This document shows positions 1-13,485 of a stretch of DNA of 64,000 nt, one piece after another; position 1 is the first letter of the stretch, and each line of letters opens with the position of its first letter. A program made the position numbers and the translations under genes. This DNA comes from Leptogorgia sarmentosa (taxonomy: Eukaryota). The DNA lies in the NCBI GenBank assembly GCA_964658305.1, contig OZ210885.1:25544001-25608000 (forward strand), written 5' to 3'. Below the pieces are notes generated by a model. The model saw nothing but the letters and a program-made list of their open reading frames with translations. It was not told where the DNA came from and ran no database searches.

Positions 1-2135
1 CTTCTTGTTCCTGCAATAGTTTTGGCTTCATGCAGACGTGGCTCTAACCACACTTCAAATTTCTCAATTTCCTCAGTGCTGACGAAAAACATCTCGATTC
101 CTGAAATGTTAGCTTTTGCCCACGAAAAGAGTTGTTTAGCATTAAGAATGTAATTTCCTGTCGTAGCTTGCAGGCTGGCTCTGGCGACTAGACGCTTAAT
201 GGTTCCACCGATACCATCGCATGGACTTTTTCTGTGACTTGTTGCAAAAAAATGCCATTCTGCCTTCACCCCAAAATCCTTCTCATGGTAACAGAGATTT
301 AAAAAGTTCTTACAGTTCTTGTATTGGCTGGCGGCTCCATCACCGAAGTATCTCACCAACGAAAGACCTGGAACTAATTTTTTGAGATGAGCAATGATAA
401 CGCTGACAAAGGCATAAACAGTAGTGGCATCATGTTTCAAACAATTGCTGATTACACAGAAACTGAACGTACGGAGGTTGCCATCTTCTTCGCGATAATA
501 GGCGACGATTGGATGCAGCGTAGCTTGACTGTTATCCCAGTAGTAACCTTGAACAGCGTCCTGAACAATAAATGAGTAGTTTTCTGCGAAATCAAGCAAA
601 ACAACTGCAGTACCTTGAGATAAAGACTCTTTTTGCTCTGAAAGGTAAGCTGCTTGTGCTTTCGCAATGAAGCTATGGCTGGTTAGAGAGTTGATTTGTT
701 GAATAATCTCTTCCAAAACGTCACACGCAAGTTCCTGTCTTGTGATAAGTCGTGTGCCATCAGTATGCGTCCATTGCCTGAAAGTTAGTTGATCATCATC
801 CTCGATTGAACGTTCTAAAAAAACCGTCTGGAGGTATTCTCTTAGACTGGCAGAACCTGGACATTTCTCACAGCAATGAAGCATGCAGTTTCTTTCACTG
901 ATATTGCAGACAAGATTCTCCATTAAGAATTTATGATGAAGTTTTGGACCAGGCACAGAATCCAGCAGTAACTTGATATTTTGATGGTATTCGCAGACGC
1001 ATACCGAATGCGTACCTTTCGCCCCAACGGTAATACACCAACGCGGCCGAAGTTCACAAAACTTGGAATATCCAACGTGTTCACCACTTGATTTTGCTTT
1101 ATAGTGCAAATACAGTTCACGCAAATTAGCAAGCAAGAGCCGCTTTTGAACATGGATTCGCTTTCCCTCTGAATTTTTTACGGAGACGAAGTCTTTTTTT
1201 CCTGGACACATACACGTTACTTCATCGTCGTTGTAAAAATCAATTACCTTCGCCTTGCTTTCTTCCGACAATTTTCTTGCTTTTACTGGGCTTACATCGG
1301 GTAAAATCCCTTTAGCTTTTTTCAGTTTCCGTTCTTTGTTCACCATGTACTTAGATACCCCAAATTCGTTTGCAGTTTTTTCTATTCTCCAAGAAGGTGG
1401 TGCAAGAGTGATAAGTTTTAGTGTGGTTTCCATGTTTGAGGTAGAGCACTTCTCTTTGATCCCTTCTATGATTGCGTCAAGGTCTGTGCACTTTTGGCAG
1501 GTTTGAAGTTCATTGACGTCAACATTTAAACGACGAGCAACTTCGTCTGAGATGGCCGTCTGCACTTCTTGAGCCTTTCGCTTGGCATACACGGCTCTGT
1601 CTTTCTGTGTGAATTTAGTCTTAACTGGAGTGACACCGAGGGAGGTAAATGTGGCGGCAAGATTCTGTAACCTTTCTTCGTCTTCTGGATCATACTCTAC
1701 GTCTTCTGGTTTATACTCTTCGTCGTCTTCAATACAACTGTCATTGATGCTTCCAAGATGAGATGAACATTTTGGGCACAGCTTCTGACCAGGTTTAATA
1801 TCTTTCATGACCAGTTTGTTGATTTTTTTGGCTTTTGCAATATCTATGTTGCGTAAAGACTTTTTCCTTACCGTTGTTGGATGGATTTCGAAGGGATCAC
1901 AACAAGCTTTTTGCAAAAATTCATACTTCCGTAAATAAATCATTTCATGATGAAAACAGATATCGCCGTCATTTTCTGCCTTTAAACCGCTCCTTCGTAA
2001 AATTAGTTCCACATCATCAGCCGAAAGAGCTGCCAACTTGTTTTTTCCAACTTTCCTCGAGTAGGTGGTCTTGTGGCAATCTTCAGTTGAGCCGAGCAAA
2101 TTGCCTATTGAACAAGGTGCAAGCTTGCTTGCCAT
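1..2135 (-). pseudogene. Decayed Sola-like (probably Sola2-type) DDD transposase with Cys-rich N-terminus; runs off the left edge
   Basis: Manual minus-strand translation gives LLDFAENYSF..QGYYWDNSQATLHP (~600-510), YFGDGAASQYKN (~350-320), EWHFFATSHRKSPCDGIGGTIKR (~260-190) and N-terminal KPGQKLCPKC (~1800-1770). ATG at 2135. Many stops and frameshifts. No terminus seen. Confidence 0.65.
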
Positions 2136-3232
2136 TTTAAGTATGATTATTGTAATTATTCAGGAATATAATCATGACACTATAGTAAAGATGATCCCTA
2201 CCTCTCCAGTATTCAGTTTATGTTCCTATTTTATATATTACGTCACTATGTTACTGTGACATTACATGCAATTTTGACATTACAAATATGCATACTATTA
2301 ATTACTGCATGTAAGGAAGGATTCATGTATATTCAGAATCATTATTTTCAGCTGAAAGGCTACCGTGTTTAAATATTTTTAAATAATTAAATAAAATAAT
2401 TTTTAAATAAATAAAATTAATTAAGTGCTGTCTGTCACAGTACTATCAACCTTTTGGCTATTTGTTGCACTTGTGGTGAAATTGACGTAAATGTCATGTT
2501 AGTGAAAAAATCGGTACAATTCATTATTAATTTGTAGTAATTCGTTTGTTTACATTTGATTAACTTTGTATAAATTAGTGAAAATACCAATTTTTGGATC
2601 GCTTGTCAATATCGAACTACTCATAGGACAACGATAAAATTTTTACCACAGGTTTAGCAAAACATCTACTTTAACATAGTTAAATTTTGAGTTTGCCCGA
2701 TTTGTCCCACTTGCGTATTTCCTTCATCGAAAACAGGACACTTCTGAATATTGTCACATTTCAAGTCGATATTACATGGATTTTACTTATTATATTGGAG
2801 CTATTATTGCTTACAGGGATTCTCTTAAGGATTGTTTTTATAATTTGACAACATGAATGTACCTAGGGAGATGTCTACCAACATATTATAGTTCAATAGA
2901 ATGGCAAATTTGCAGATTTTCCATTTTGTCATGAAGTTTATTCCCCGTTATTGACGACATCCTTCATCGTAAACATTAATCAATGCAATGGTTTAAAAGT
3001 GCAGTATGAAGTTTATTACTGTCCAAATTTTCGTGTCAATATGTGGAGCGATGAACGAGACATTGAAGTGTGAATTATGCCAAAATTTAAAAATCCGTTA
3101 AAATGGCAACTTCCGCCGGTAACACTCACACAATGTCTTGAGTATATTTCCTAAAATACTTCATGTCATCTAGTGAAAATTCACACAAATTCTAATTGTA
3201 TTGTAATCTGAACGTCATCGGATGTTCAGTGA

Positions 3233-5810
3233 ATGATGGAGTTGGACTACTCTGAAAAGACAGATCGGAAAGACAGTTCAGCATATTCCGTCGAAGATCG
3301 CAAGTTCTTGCAAATTCTTGAAGAAGGAATCGAGAAAGACAAGAACTTCCGTTGGATGATGCCTTTGCCCTTTAGAGATAACCTTCCCCTCCACCTACCA
3401 GATAATCGTCCACATTGTCTCAGAAGAATGCTGTCCTTAAAGAGGAAGTTTGAAAGAGACCCGAAGCTGTATAGGGAGTACGGTGAATTCATGAACAAGA
3501 TAATCTCGAGAGGACATGCAGGCAAGGTCGAGGACACAGCCCGTGGATCTCTATCAGGCGAAACTTGGTTCCTCCCACACTTTCCAATCTATCATCCACA
3601 AAAGCCAGACCAAATCAGAGTTGTCTTCGATTGTAGTAACACATTTGAAGGAGAAAGCCTCAACAAACACCTTCTGCAATGACCAGATTTAATGAATAAG
3701 CTGGTAGGAGTTCTCACAAGATTCCGACAAGAAGAGATCGCCGTCACGTGTGACGTGGAGCAGATGTTCCACAACTTTATGGTATCCGAGGAGCACAGAG
3801 ACTATCTTCGTTTCCTGTGGTTTCAAGATGGTGACATGAATAAACCCATCGTAACGTACCGGATGAATGTACACCTATGCTAATTTTGGTCTTCGTAAAA
3901 CAGCGCAAGAAGGTGAACGCGAATTTGGCGAAGATATCGCAAATTTTCTACGAAACGATTTCTATGTGGACGATGGTTTGAGATCGGTGAAGAGAACAGA
4001 AGATGCCATCAACCTTATCACTAAATCCCAAGCAATGTGTGTGAAAGCGGGACTCCGTCTTTACAAGTTCGCCAGTAACTCCGTCGAAGTCCTTGAAGCC
4101 GTTGCAGCGGAAGACCGCGCAAAGGAAATAAAGGATCTCGATTTACGTCATGACAAGCTTCCAATTCAGAGATCACTTGGAACGTATTGGTGTATAGAAT
4201 CGGATACGTTTCAGTTCAGAATAACGTTAAAGGACAAACCTTTTACACGACGAGGCATTTTGAGTACGGTCAGTTCCGTGTACGATCCCCTCGGAATCGT
4301 TTGTTCAGTAATTCTCACCGGAAAATTGCTCCTTAGAGAACTTGTCCAACAGAAGGCGGGTTGGGATGATCCTATTTCCGAAGAGATGCGCCCGCGATGG
4401 GAGAAGTGGAGAGCAGAATTAAAAGAGTTGGAGAAGTTAGAAGAACACCGTTGTTTGAAACCACCAAGTTTTGGTGAGGTGAAGTCTACAGAAATCCATA
4501 GTTTCGCCGACGCCAGTCAGGCTGCAATTGGGCAAGTTTTGTATCTCAGGCTCGTGAACGACAAAGGTCAAGTCCACGTTTCGTTCTTGATGGCTAAAGC
4601 TCGAGTCGCACCTTTGAAACTCATCTCCATACCGAGACTCGAACTCACGGCAGCTGTTGTTTCCGTGAACGTAGTACAAGACCTTGAGAGAGAATTAGAG
4701 TTGGACATAGACGCAGCCATATACTACAGCGATTCAACCGTTGTTTTGGGATATATCCAGAACGTTTATGTGGGAAACAGAGTTCAGGCGATAAGAGAAA
4801 AAACCTCCCCAGAATCTTGGTACCATGTGAAAGGCACAGATAAGCCAGCTGACATCGCGTCAAGAACTTATAGATTCCCCCACCTGGCTGAACGGTCCAG
4901 ATTTTCTATGGTATGCCCGAAATTGCCCGAAAACACCAGCAGTGCACCTATGCTTGACGAGAACGACCCAGAAGTTAGAAAGGTCATTATACACGCTGTC
5001 AACGTAGAGTTGCAGAAAGAACCCTTAGGGGTGGACGTTCTGAATCGTTTCTCGTCGTGGTTCAAACTAAAACGAGCGGTAGCCTTGGCAACGAAGTACG
5101 TAAGCATTCTTCAAGCCAAAGTTACTCAGAAAAGAACAAGTCAAGAACCAGTTGCCCCAGAGAAAGAGTCGTCTAAGACTATTCTAGTCGAAGACCTGGA
5201 GCAAGCAGAACATACGGTATTAAGAATTGTCCAACAACATCATTTTCAGGAAGAGATAACCATGTTGCGGAAATTAAAGGACGGACAATTCGTAAACAAG
5301 ACAGAAACACGGATGAGGAACCCGAACTTAAAGCGCGTCAGTTCCATTCAACGCCTAGACCCATTCATAGACGAACACGGAATTATCCGTGTCGGAGGGC
5401 GAATTATACGTGCCGATGTAACATTTGAAGAGAAACATCCAGTTATCTTGCCAAAGAACAGTCACGTCACCATGCTAATTATACGACAGTACCACGAAGC
5501 AGTCCAGCATCAAGGCCGTCTACTGACCTTGAACGAGATTCGACAGGCCGGTTATTGGATAATCCATGGTCGAGGCACAGTATCCAACATCATCAATAAG
5601 TGTGTGAAGTGTCGTCGACGACGAGGTACGACAGACCCAGAAGATGTCCGATCTTCCTTTCGACCGTGTGACAGAAATCGCTCCATTCACCTATACTGGG
5701 GTCGATGCGTTTGGGCCTTGGTACATCAAAGAAGGCAGAAAGAGTATTAAGAGATACGGTATAATCTTCACCTGTATGGCTTCTAGGGCCATACACCTCG
5801 AAACAGTTAA
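3233..5810 (+). pseudogene. BEL/Pao LTR retrotransposon pol fragment (RT, RNase H, start of integrase), disrupted
   Basis: ORFs 3233-3682, 3692-3883 and 3867-5750 carry IRVVFDC, CDVEQMFHNF, FYVDDGL, YDPLG, FADAS, KARVAPL, IPRLEL and the integrase H..H..C..C. Integrase core is internally deleted at ~5810. Confidence 0.9.
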
Positions 5811-5918
5811 CTAAATGGCTGAACAACTTGAGACCGAAGGGAACTTCCCCACCGAGGAGCAGAGAACTTGAACAAACATTAACATATATATATTTAGAAA
5901 ATGTACAAGTTGACATTT

Positions 5919-6145
5919 TGAGGAGCCATGTAGCGGCCGGTACTTCCGGCCTAGGTTAATATTCTAACTTTTGAGTTCGCGCCCGGAGAGCACATGCAGG
6001 GCCGATCCGGGGGGACCGTTTTTGTTGGGATAGATCGAACTGCAAACAGAACTCAACTAGCAGGCCCCACAACCAGACACAAGAGGCCCCACAACCAGAC
6101 ACAAGAGGCCCCACAACCAGAGCAAGTTAGCAGTGGGGCTGGCAC
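5919..6145 (+). repeat. Purine tract and start of the 3' LTR of the upstream BEL element (TG at 5929), truncated by element A; includes ~3 copies of a 22-bp repeat (6062-6120)
   Basis: tgaggagcca|TGTAGCGGCC follows the pol end. The unit aggccccacaaccagacacaag is repeated. Confidence 0.5.
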
Positions 6146-6262
6146 ACGCGGTGCTTTCAATATTATACGCGGTGCTTTCAATATTATACGCGGTGCTTTC
6201 AATATTATACGCGGTGCTCTCAATATTATACGCGGTGCTCTCAATATTATACGCGGTGCTTC
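6146..6262 (+). repeat. 21-bp tandem array (~5 copies, cggtgctttcaatattatacg), left subterminal repeat of element A
   Basis: Read directly. Its reverse complement cgtataatattgaaagcaccg matches the right-end unit cgtataatgtttaaagcaccg. Confidence 0.9.
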
Positions 6263-8163
6263 AAGCACATTCTGTGCTTGCAACGTAATATGCGGTCGTT
6301 TCATCATTATTATGATCCCTGAGCCAATACGTTTGGTCAGCGGTATACGCCAGCGTATCTCGATATACGTCATTTTATACAAAACAATGATGTAACAGTG
6401 CGATCACGTTTCAGACTTTCAGTCACTCGGGGTTCAAAATTTGCAAGTTTTGTGTTGGCTGCCACGAAATTATTTTAATATCTAAGAGTTTTCTGGCCTT
6501 TCAAATCGAAATTAGGCTGATTTTCTAAGTATGGAAGAAATACTTCAATCTTTGAATTTGGGGACATTGTTTGGGCGATTTCAAGAACAGCGTATGGAAC
6601 CACAGGCTTTTTTAACTGCTTCTGATCAAGACTTGGTTCGTCTAGGCGTAACTACGATTGGCGATCGTATTCGCCTCCGCGATGCATGTAAGAAAAAAGT
6701 GGACGAAAACACTGCGTCGACAAGCCAAACATCTGCTGCACGTCAAAAGCGACTCTCGATTTTTAATCCACGGAGGCACAACAGCCGTGGCCAAGCACGT
6801 GGCACGGCAAGAAGCTCGAGTAGTGCGAGTAAGAGGGGGACAAAGGGCAATTCATGGATGCCGATGTTTGTTTGCTTGGCAGATAGCACTGCATCGAAAA
6901 CGCCGTCATCTTTGGAGAAAGAAATTCTTTTTAAAGCCGGGTTGGGGGTGAAGAAGATTAAATTGGACATTCAAGATGACGAACAGACTGTGCTAAACAA
7001 AATTACATCAGACGAAAGGGACACCACTGATAACGTTCTTGGATTTTCTCAACTGAAAACGTGCAGGGGGTATGAAATGATGCGATGCCAACCAAATTGT
7101 AGGGATCTGTCTATCATCGACTGCTCTTGGAATGCAAAAGATCTGCGTGCAAACATGGGAGGAGGACAAGGGAAGATTTATTTATGACCCATTCAGAAGT
7201 CTCTATCAACAAAGCCAATAGTAGCAGAAAGTCAGTCGGAAGTGAAAGAGAAATGCCATATGTGTAACCAGGAAATACTTGTTCGGAAGCTTCATGATCA
7301 TTTATGGTCTTGTACTGAGGGGTTGCTATCGAGTGATGATGATAGTGCAAATGAGAATACCACGACCGAGATTATCCCCACAGTAACAACATCAGTTGCC
7401 ACCGCAGTAACAACATCAGTTGCCACCGCAGTAACACCACCTGTTGCCACTGCAGTAACACCACCCGTTGCAACCACAGAGACACCTTTCATTGGAACCA
7501 CATATTCAACCACAGTGACATCATCTGTTGCTGCCACCTTGACCACCATAACCAATACCACCACAATAACACCATCTGTTTCCCAATCTGTTTTCCAACA
7601 ATCGTCTGACAACATCTTAGACATTCCCAACAGCTCAAACATGCCTTCCTCTTCTACTCAATCATCCATCACACTGGTCGACCTGACACACATGACAACA
7701 GAAGTCAACAGTAACAGGCAATCAACAGATGAAATTGTTGAAGACACTGCCACCTACTGTCAGCAACATAATGTATCAAATCCCGTTGAAATTCTCAGGT
7801 GTTGTCAAACAAAAATGGTAATAGGAAGAGCTTTGGAAGTTCGATCTGTGGATGAAGCAAATGAAGGAGCGACAAACTTCATCATGGTAGATAGGCATAA
7901 TCTAATTACAACAGCATTTGATGAAATTTTGTGCCTTACTGAATACAGGAGAACATTGCAAGTTCAATTTTATGGTGAGGTATCTATTTTATCAAAATAT
8001 ATGTGATTAATCTAGTCTAGCAATATTTTTTAATTATAACTTTGCTTGAACTGTGAGAAAGTTCTGTTCCTCTTACAGGTAAGCTAACTGTTTCATTAGG
8101 TGAATGTCAAATACTAACATCTAACACCAGACAATTTTATACTCTTCCATAAAAAGGGAAAAT

Positions 8164-11100
8164 TGTTATGAATCGTGATAATAGTTATGATTCCCTTTAT
8201 TCAACCCAACACCCTATTTGCTCAACTGACTAAAAAACTAGATTACATGAATATTTAAAGGCCAAATCACGTGTCAATCAATGTTCCCCTAGCTATGTAC
8301 AAACAAAACAGTTAATTAAAATACTTGAGTTCATGCAATTATAAATGTCAATCAGCTTATCTCAAAAATAAAAATTACTGCAATTCTTAACTATAATCTT
8401 ACCACAGTATCTGACACTGCCCGAGGTTTCTAAATTATTTTTTGATGAGAAACTAAATTAATTCTATTAAAATACTATTCCATTATAATTAGTCATAATC
8501 TCTTGACTTTCGTCTATATAAATTCATATAAGATTATTAGTTCTACATTTTCTGCTATATGTTCAAGCCTCAACTGGCTTCGAGTTGACTTCAATCAGTA
8601 TTAGTTGTTGAATTGTCCGTCTCAACAATGTTGGTCGGTTCTTACTTCCAGTAACCTTTACAATTACCGCTCTGACCTTGCCGTCTCTACCCGTTATCAG
8701 CCCCTCTACTTTACCGAGTTTCCAAAAAGCTCTATTCGTTGACTCGTTCTTTAAAATGACTATATCGCCTTTCGAGATATTGGTTACCGACCTTTCTTGC
8801 TGTTGTCGTTGAATTGAATGTTCTCGCAGTTCTGTGAGATACTCGGTTCTCCAACGCTTCGTTAAACTTTGTAACAATAACTTCTGAGGACGTCCACGCT
8901 TCGTTAGGGTTTGATAAGTACTCAAAATTTCGTGATGGTTCGAATTTGGAATTGACGTTATTCTTCGTCCGTAAATAAGATCAGAAGGGGTCAAGGCATA
9001 CGAAATAGACTCTTGGTCGTCGTACACGTATGTGATTGGTCTTGCGTTTATCACACCTTCGATTTCTACCAAAATTGTACTGTTCGAAATTCAACGTAGA
9101 TCTCCCGAGTATTTTCTTGAGTGGTCGTTTCACGCTACGGACGAGACGCTCCCAGTAACCACCCCACCAAGGGGCTTTCTCTATTATAAAACTCCACGTA
9201 ATTCTTTGGTTAACTAGATAAGCCCGAACTTCTTCTGCCCGAGTTATCTTGCATATATCCTTACATGCCGATTTAAATGTCTTAGCATTATCTGAATTCA
9301 ACGTTGCTGGCAGACCTCTACGACTCGCAAATCGTCTAAATGCTAATAAAAACGCTTCGGTACTTAATCCGTGAGTAAGTTCCAAATGTACCACTCTTGT
9401 AGCTGCACATGTGAGCAATGAGATGTACACCTTTAACGTTTCATTCCCTTTTGATAGCTCGTCTACAACGTACAAAGGGCCTGCGAAATCAAGCCCAACA
9501 TGAGTAAACGGTGGTTCTTCGGACACTCTTTCACTCGGAAGATAGGCAAATGAAACACTATTGTACGGAACTCCTTCGAACTTACGACATACTCTGCAAC
9601 TTTGAATCAATTTCTTAACAGCTTCGCAACCACGAATTATCCAAAATCCCTTACAACGAATGACTCAATTTTTATCAAAATAAAGTCCAAATTGTGTGAC
9701 ATAAATTGGAGGCGATAAGTGCCCATTGTTGGCACGATCACGCGACAGAAATTCAATCTCTTCAGTGAAAGAACTAGCTTGAACTACCTTGATCCATGTC
9801 GTTTCTGCTTCGTCAAGTTCGACTGAATTAAGCTGTCCGTAATTAGTCAATTCGTTGTTATTTGTATTAGCTACCTTACTCTTTTTGATTCTTTGGATAA
9901 ATTTCAACACCAACGCGGTGACTCGTAATAATCTCGTTAGATCACGATAATGACCAGCATTAATTATCTGATTAACTTTCTTAAATTGATTCTTGACAGA
10001 AACACTTACCAAGGAATGCGTAATCTTTGGCGAATTTTTGACAGCCTCTTGAAGAACTAATTCGTTGGAATTCGGGTTTATAACTTCAGGCCACTTTGTT
10101 TCGGAATGAAGGAGAAATTCTGGACCATTCCACCAGGTTGAATTATTTGCGAGGTCTTTCGCGGCAATTCCTCTCGAAGGCTGGATTCAAATGACGCCAG
10201 GAATGCTTACTCGTTAATTCACCTATCTCGCTAACACGATGTTGAACGTACTGTTTCCAATTTCCCACATTTTTGATCCAACATAACACGGTCACAGAGT
10301 CTGTCCAAAACGTAACATTGGTACAATCGAGCCCCGCGCGTTTGAGACTGTCCACAAGTCGAGCTAAGATTAATGCCCCTAACAACTCTAAGCGGGGAAT
10401 TGTCTGGGTCTTCAAAGGTGTGACTCTTGACTTTGAAGCAACTAATCTTACGTCAATCAGTCCGTTTTCGTAACAAGTTCGCATGTATACAACAGCAGCA
10501 TAAGCCAACTTGGACGCGTCAGAAAATACATGATATTGTATTTCTTTCGGTACTGATGAGAAGTAACACCGAGGTATTTTAATATCACAACGCTGCTTAA
10601 GCTGACACAAATAAGCCTTCCATGCTTTAAGTAAATTTGATTGTAACTCACCGTCCCATTTATGTTTTTGAACGCAAAGCTCTTGAAACAAAATTTTCAT
10701 TCCAATTGTAAAAGGAGTCAAAATACCAATCGGGTCGAATATCTTAGCTGTGACCTTGAGCACAGATCTCTTGCTGAGCGGTAGATTAATCGCATAATCA
10801 AACAATTAGTCATATTCAAAGTAAAATTCATCGGCTTTAGTGTCCCAATTCAGTCCGAGAACCTTTACCGCAGAATCTTTCGTGTTAGAATTTACTGTTC
10901 CCGTTGTAGATTTGGCGTAAGATTCGTCGTCTTCTTCTATTGGACCAATCAGTACAATTTGAGCTTGTTGATGAACATTTTCGGCTTGCATAATCCTCTC
11001 ACGCAACTCACGCGAATTTGTATGCCATTTTCTAAGGTTAAAACCACCTTCAGACATAATTTTCTTTGACTTTTAGTAGATCTCATACGCTTTCTCTTCG

Positions 11101-13485
11101 TTTAAATCCCCTGAAACAAGATCATCTACATACAACGACTTCTCGATTAATTCCACTAATTCAGGCTCACTTCGTTTGTACAGTTCCAGATGATGTTTGA
11201 TAGTGGCTCCCAAAATAGAGGGGGATGGCTGTAATTCAAACACCAGGCGATTAAATCGATACTGCACAATTTCAGGCGTAGCTTCGTTTGGATTTGCGAA
11301 CCATAGAAATCGAAGCATATCTCGATGTTCCTTCTTAATTCCAACCATTAAAAAGGCCTTTTCGATGTCGGCAGTTAAGGCAACAGCTTTTGAACGAAAC
11401 TTGATCAGCGTATCAAATACAAGTGGAATATAGTTTGGGCCATTATGTAAGCAATCGTCAAGCGATCGATTGTCCTTAGTTGACTTAGCAGAACCATCGT
11501 AAACTACTCTTACCTTCGTCGTTTCTCGACTCGTTCTAACGACCCGTTCTAACGACCGCATGATGTGGCGAAAAATGCACTCCCTTAACTTCGGGTTCTT
11601 TCGAGACTTCGTTTGGCACCCTTTCAATTATTCCAGCCTTGCATTGGTCTCGAATTATTCCGTCATATTCCTTCAATAAAGCGGGTTTCTTTTTCAAGTT
11701 GTAATACAGATATCGTAGGCGCGATACACACAGACCATAGTTATTGGATGTTGGCATACAATCATCCTTCCATGGTAAACTCGCTTCGTAATATGGACCA
11801 TTATGTGAAATCTTGGGCTTCGTACACTCGGGTGTAATACTTGGATTTATATCAGTTGTTGATTCCTTAATGCCTATAGCCTCAGTTTCCCAAAATCGTT
11901 TCAGTGTGTAATTCAGCATTTCGTCATTTTCCGGTACAATGTCGTGTGGAACAGCGTTAAAACCACTGACGACCAGATTTGAAACGACCTTGGAACTTGT
12001 ACAATTCGTGGTTTTCTTTACAGGACCAGAGAGTAACCAACCAAATTTGCTATTAACAGCCGTAGGACCAGCATGTCCACGAATTGTTTCGCCTTCAATA
12101 AATTCCCAATAATAATCGGACCCAATTAGAACGTCAATGGGCTGATTTTCAATGGAACTATCTGCTAATCGCAACCCGTGTAAATGCGAGTATTACTTTA
12201 CATTAACTTTCCCAGGAAGCGGTGAACAAATCACAGGATAACTAAGAGCGGATATTTCAAGTAATTCTCTTGCATTGGTCTTCAGTCTCATGGCAGCAAC
12301 GTCAGATCTTTGTTTCCTGTAGCCCTTTTCCCCAAACGTATTTAACTGGAGCGTTTCGGTCTTTGTTGTTTTAAGTCCAAGCCTTGTTTTCAGGTTATCA
12401 GTGATATAAGAACGTTGACTTCCAGTATCAAATAAGATACGCACGGTTGTTGACTTCGATCCGTCTTCGTTCAGTGCAGTCACTGTTGCAGTTTGTAGTA
12501 AAACGTTCTCCTTTGTTTTTGCACAGGTCGTCCGTGTCGCCGGTTTTTCTTCGATATCTCGTTCTTGTTTATTGCTCTCTTCATCATTCGTTTCTCGTTT
12601 ACTACCGAGACTTGCATTCGAGCAAAAAGAATGATGGTGATGACCTCCGCAACTTCGACAACCTTTTGGCTTTCCACAATTCTTTACCTGATGTCCTGGT
12701 TTCAAACATTCAAAACATCTCTTAGATTCGAACAAAATGTTCCTTCGGATTTTCGTATCGGTTACCTTGGCGCACGATGCTGAATAATGTGGAGCCTCGC
12801 AGTATACACACTTGATTAACGAGCTTCCCTTGTCGTTGAGTTCAGCCTTCGAAAACAATGCACTAGTGGTTGACGGTCGGTTACAATGATAAGTTGACGG
12901 TTTTTGATCGGTAGCCCTTACTCTTTCGCTAATTTCCTTCGCTTCAACTTCTTGACGTATCACGTCGAGTAACTCGTCGATTTTCCACACACTTCCCTTC
13001 GCAACTCTTGCTATTCGTAGTCGTAATTCACTCGGAAGTTTAGCCATCACAATAGGTATCAATAAACTGCCATACTGTTCGGAATCCACTCCAAGAGACG
13101 CCAAACCTCGAACATGAACAGTTATCTTGTCATACACATATCGTAGTGAAGTAAATCGATCAGAATCGTTGCAACCTTGAATCTTTAACAATTCGTCCAT
13201 ATGAGCAGATATGATCTGTTGTGGCTGGCCAAAACGTTCCTTCAATAATTCAATAGCCGAATGATAGTTAGCTTCAGTGAGTGTCAAACCTTGTATTGTG
13301 CGAGAAGCCGTTCCTTCCAGTAGCGAAATTAGATAGTTGAACTTTTCAACCGGTGATAAAGTAGTATTCTCATGAACGGCAGACTTGAAAGAATCCCAGA
13401 ACGATTGCCATTTGGTTGTTTCTCCTTTGAAATTGGGTAGTATTAACTTTGGTAATCTCGCACTTACATTGCCATTGGGTGTCGT
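8164..13485 (-). mobile_element. BEL/Pao LTR retrotransposon, 5'-truncated: gag, protease, RT, RNase H, integrase and 3' LTR (8164-8416)
   Basis: RLPKLILPNFKG..WQSFWDSF gag, CCHC knuckles, LFDTGSQRSY protease, ADIEKAFL/YVDD RT, FSDAS/IPRLEL RNase H, LDFAGP/SDNA/GGYWERLV integrase. Fragmented by stops and frameshifts. LTR reads TGTCAG...ATAACA with AATAAA on the minus strand. Confidence 0.9.

Noticed and set aside
7298..7642. Val-rich antisense ORF
   Set aside because: Mirror of the Thr-rich linker on the + strand.
11533..11558. 13-bp direct repeat cgttctaacgacc as a programmed frameshift signal
   Set aside because: A simple duplication lesion in an already decayed BEL pol.
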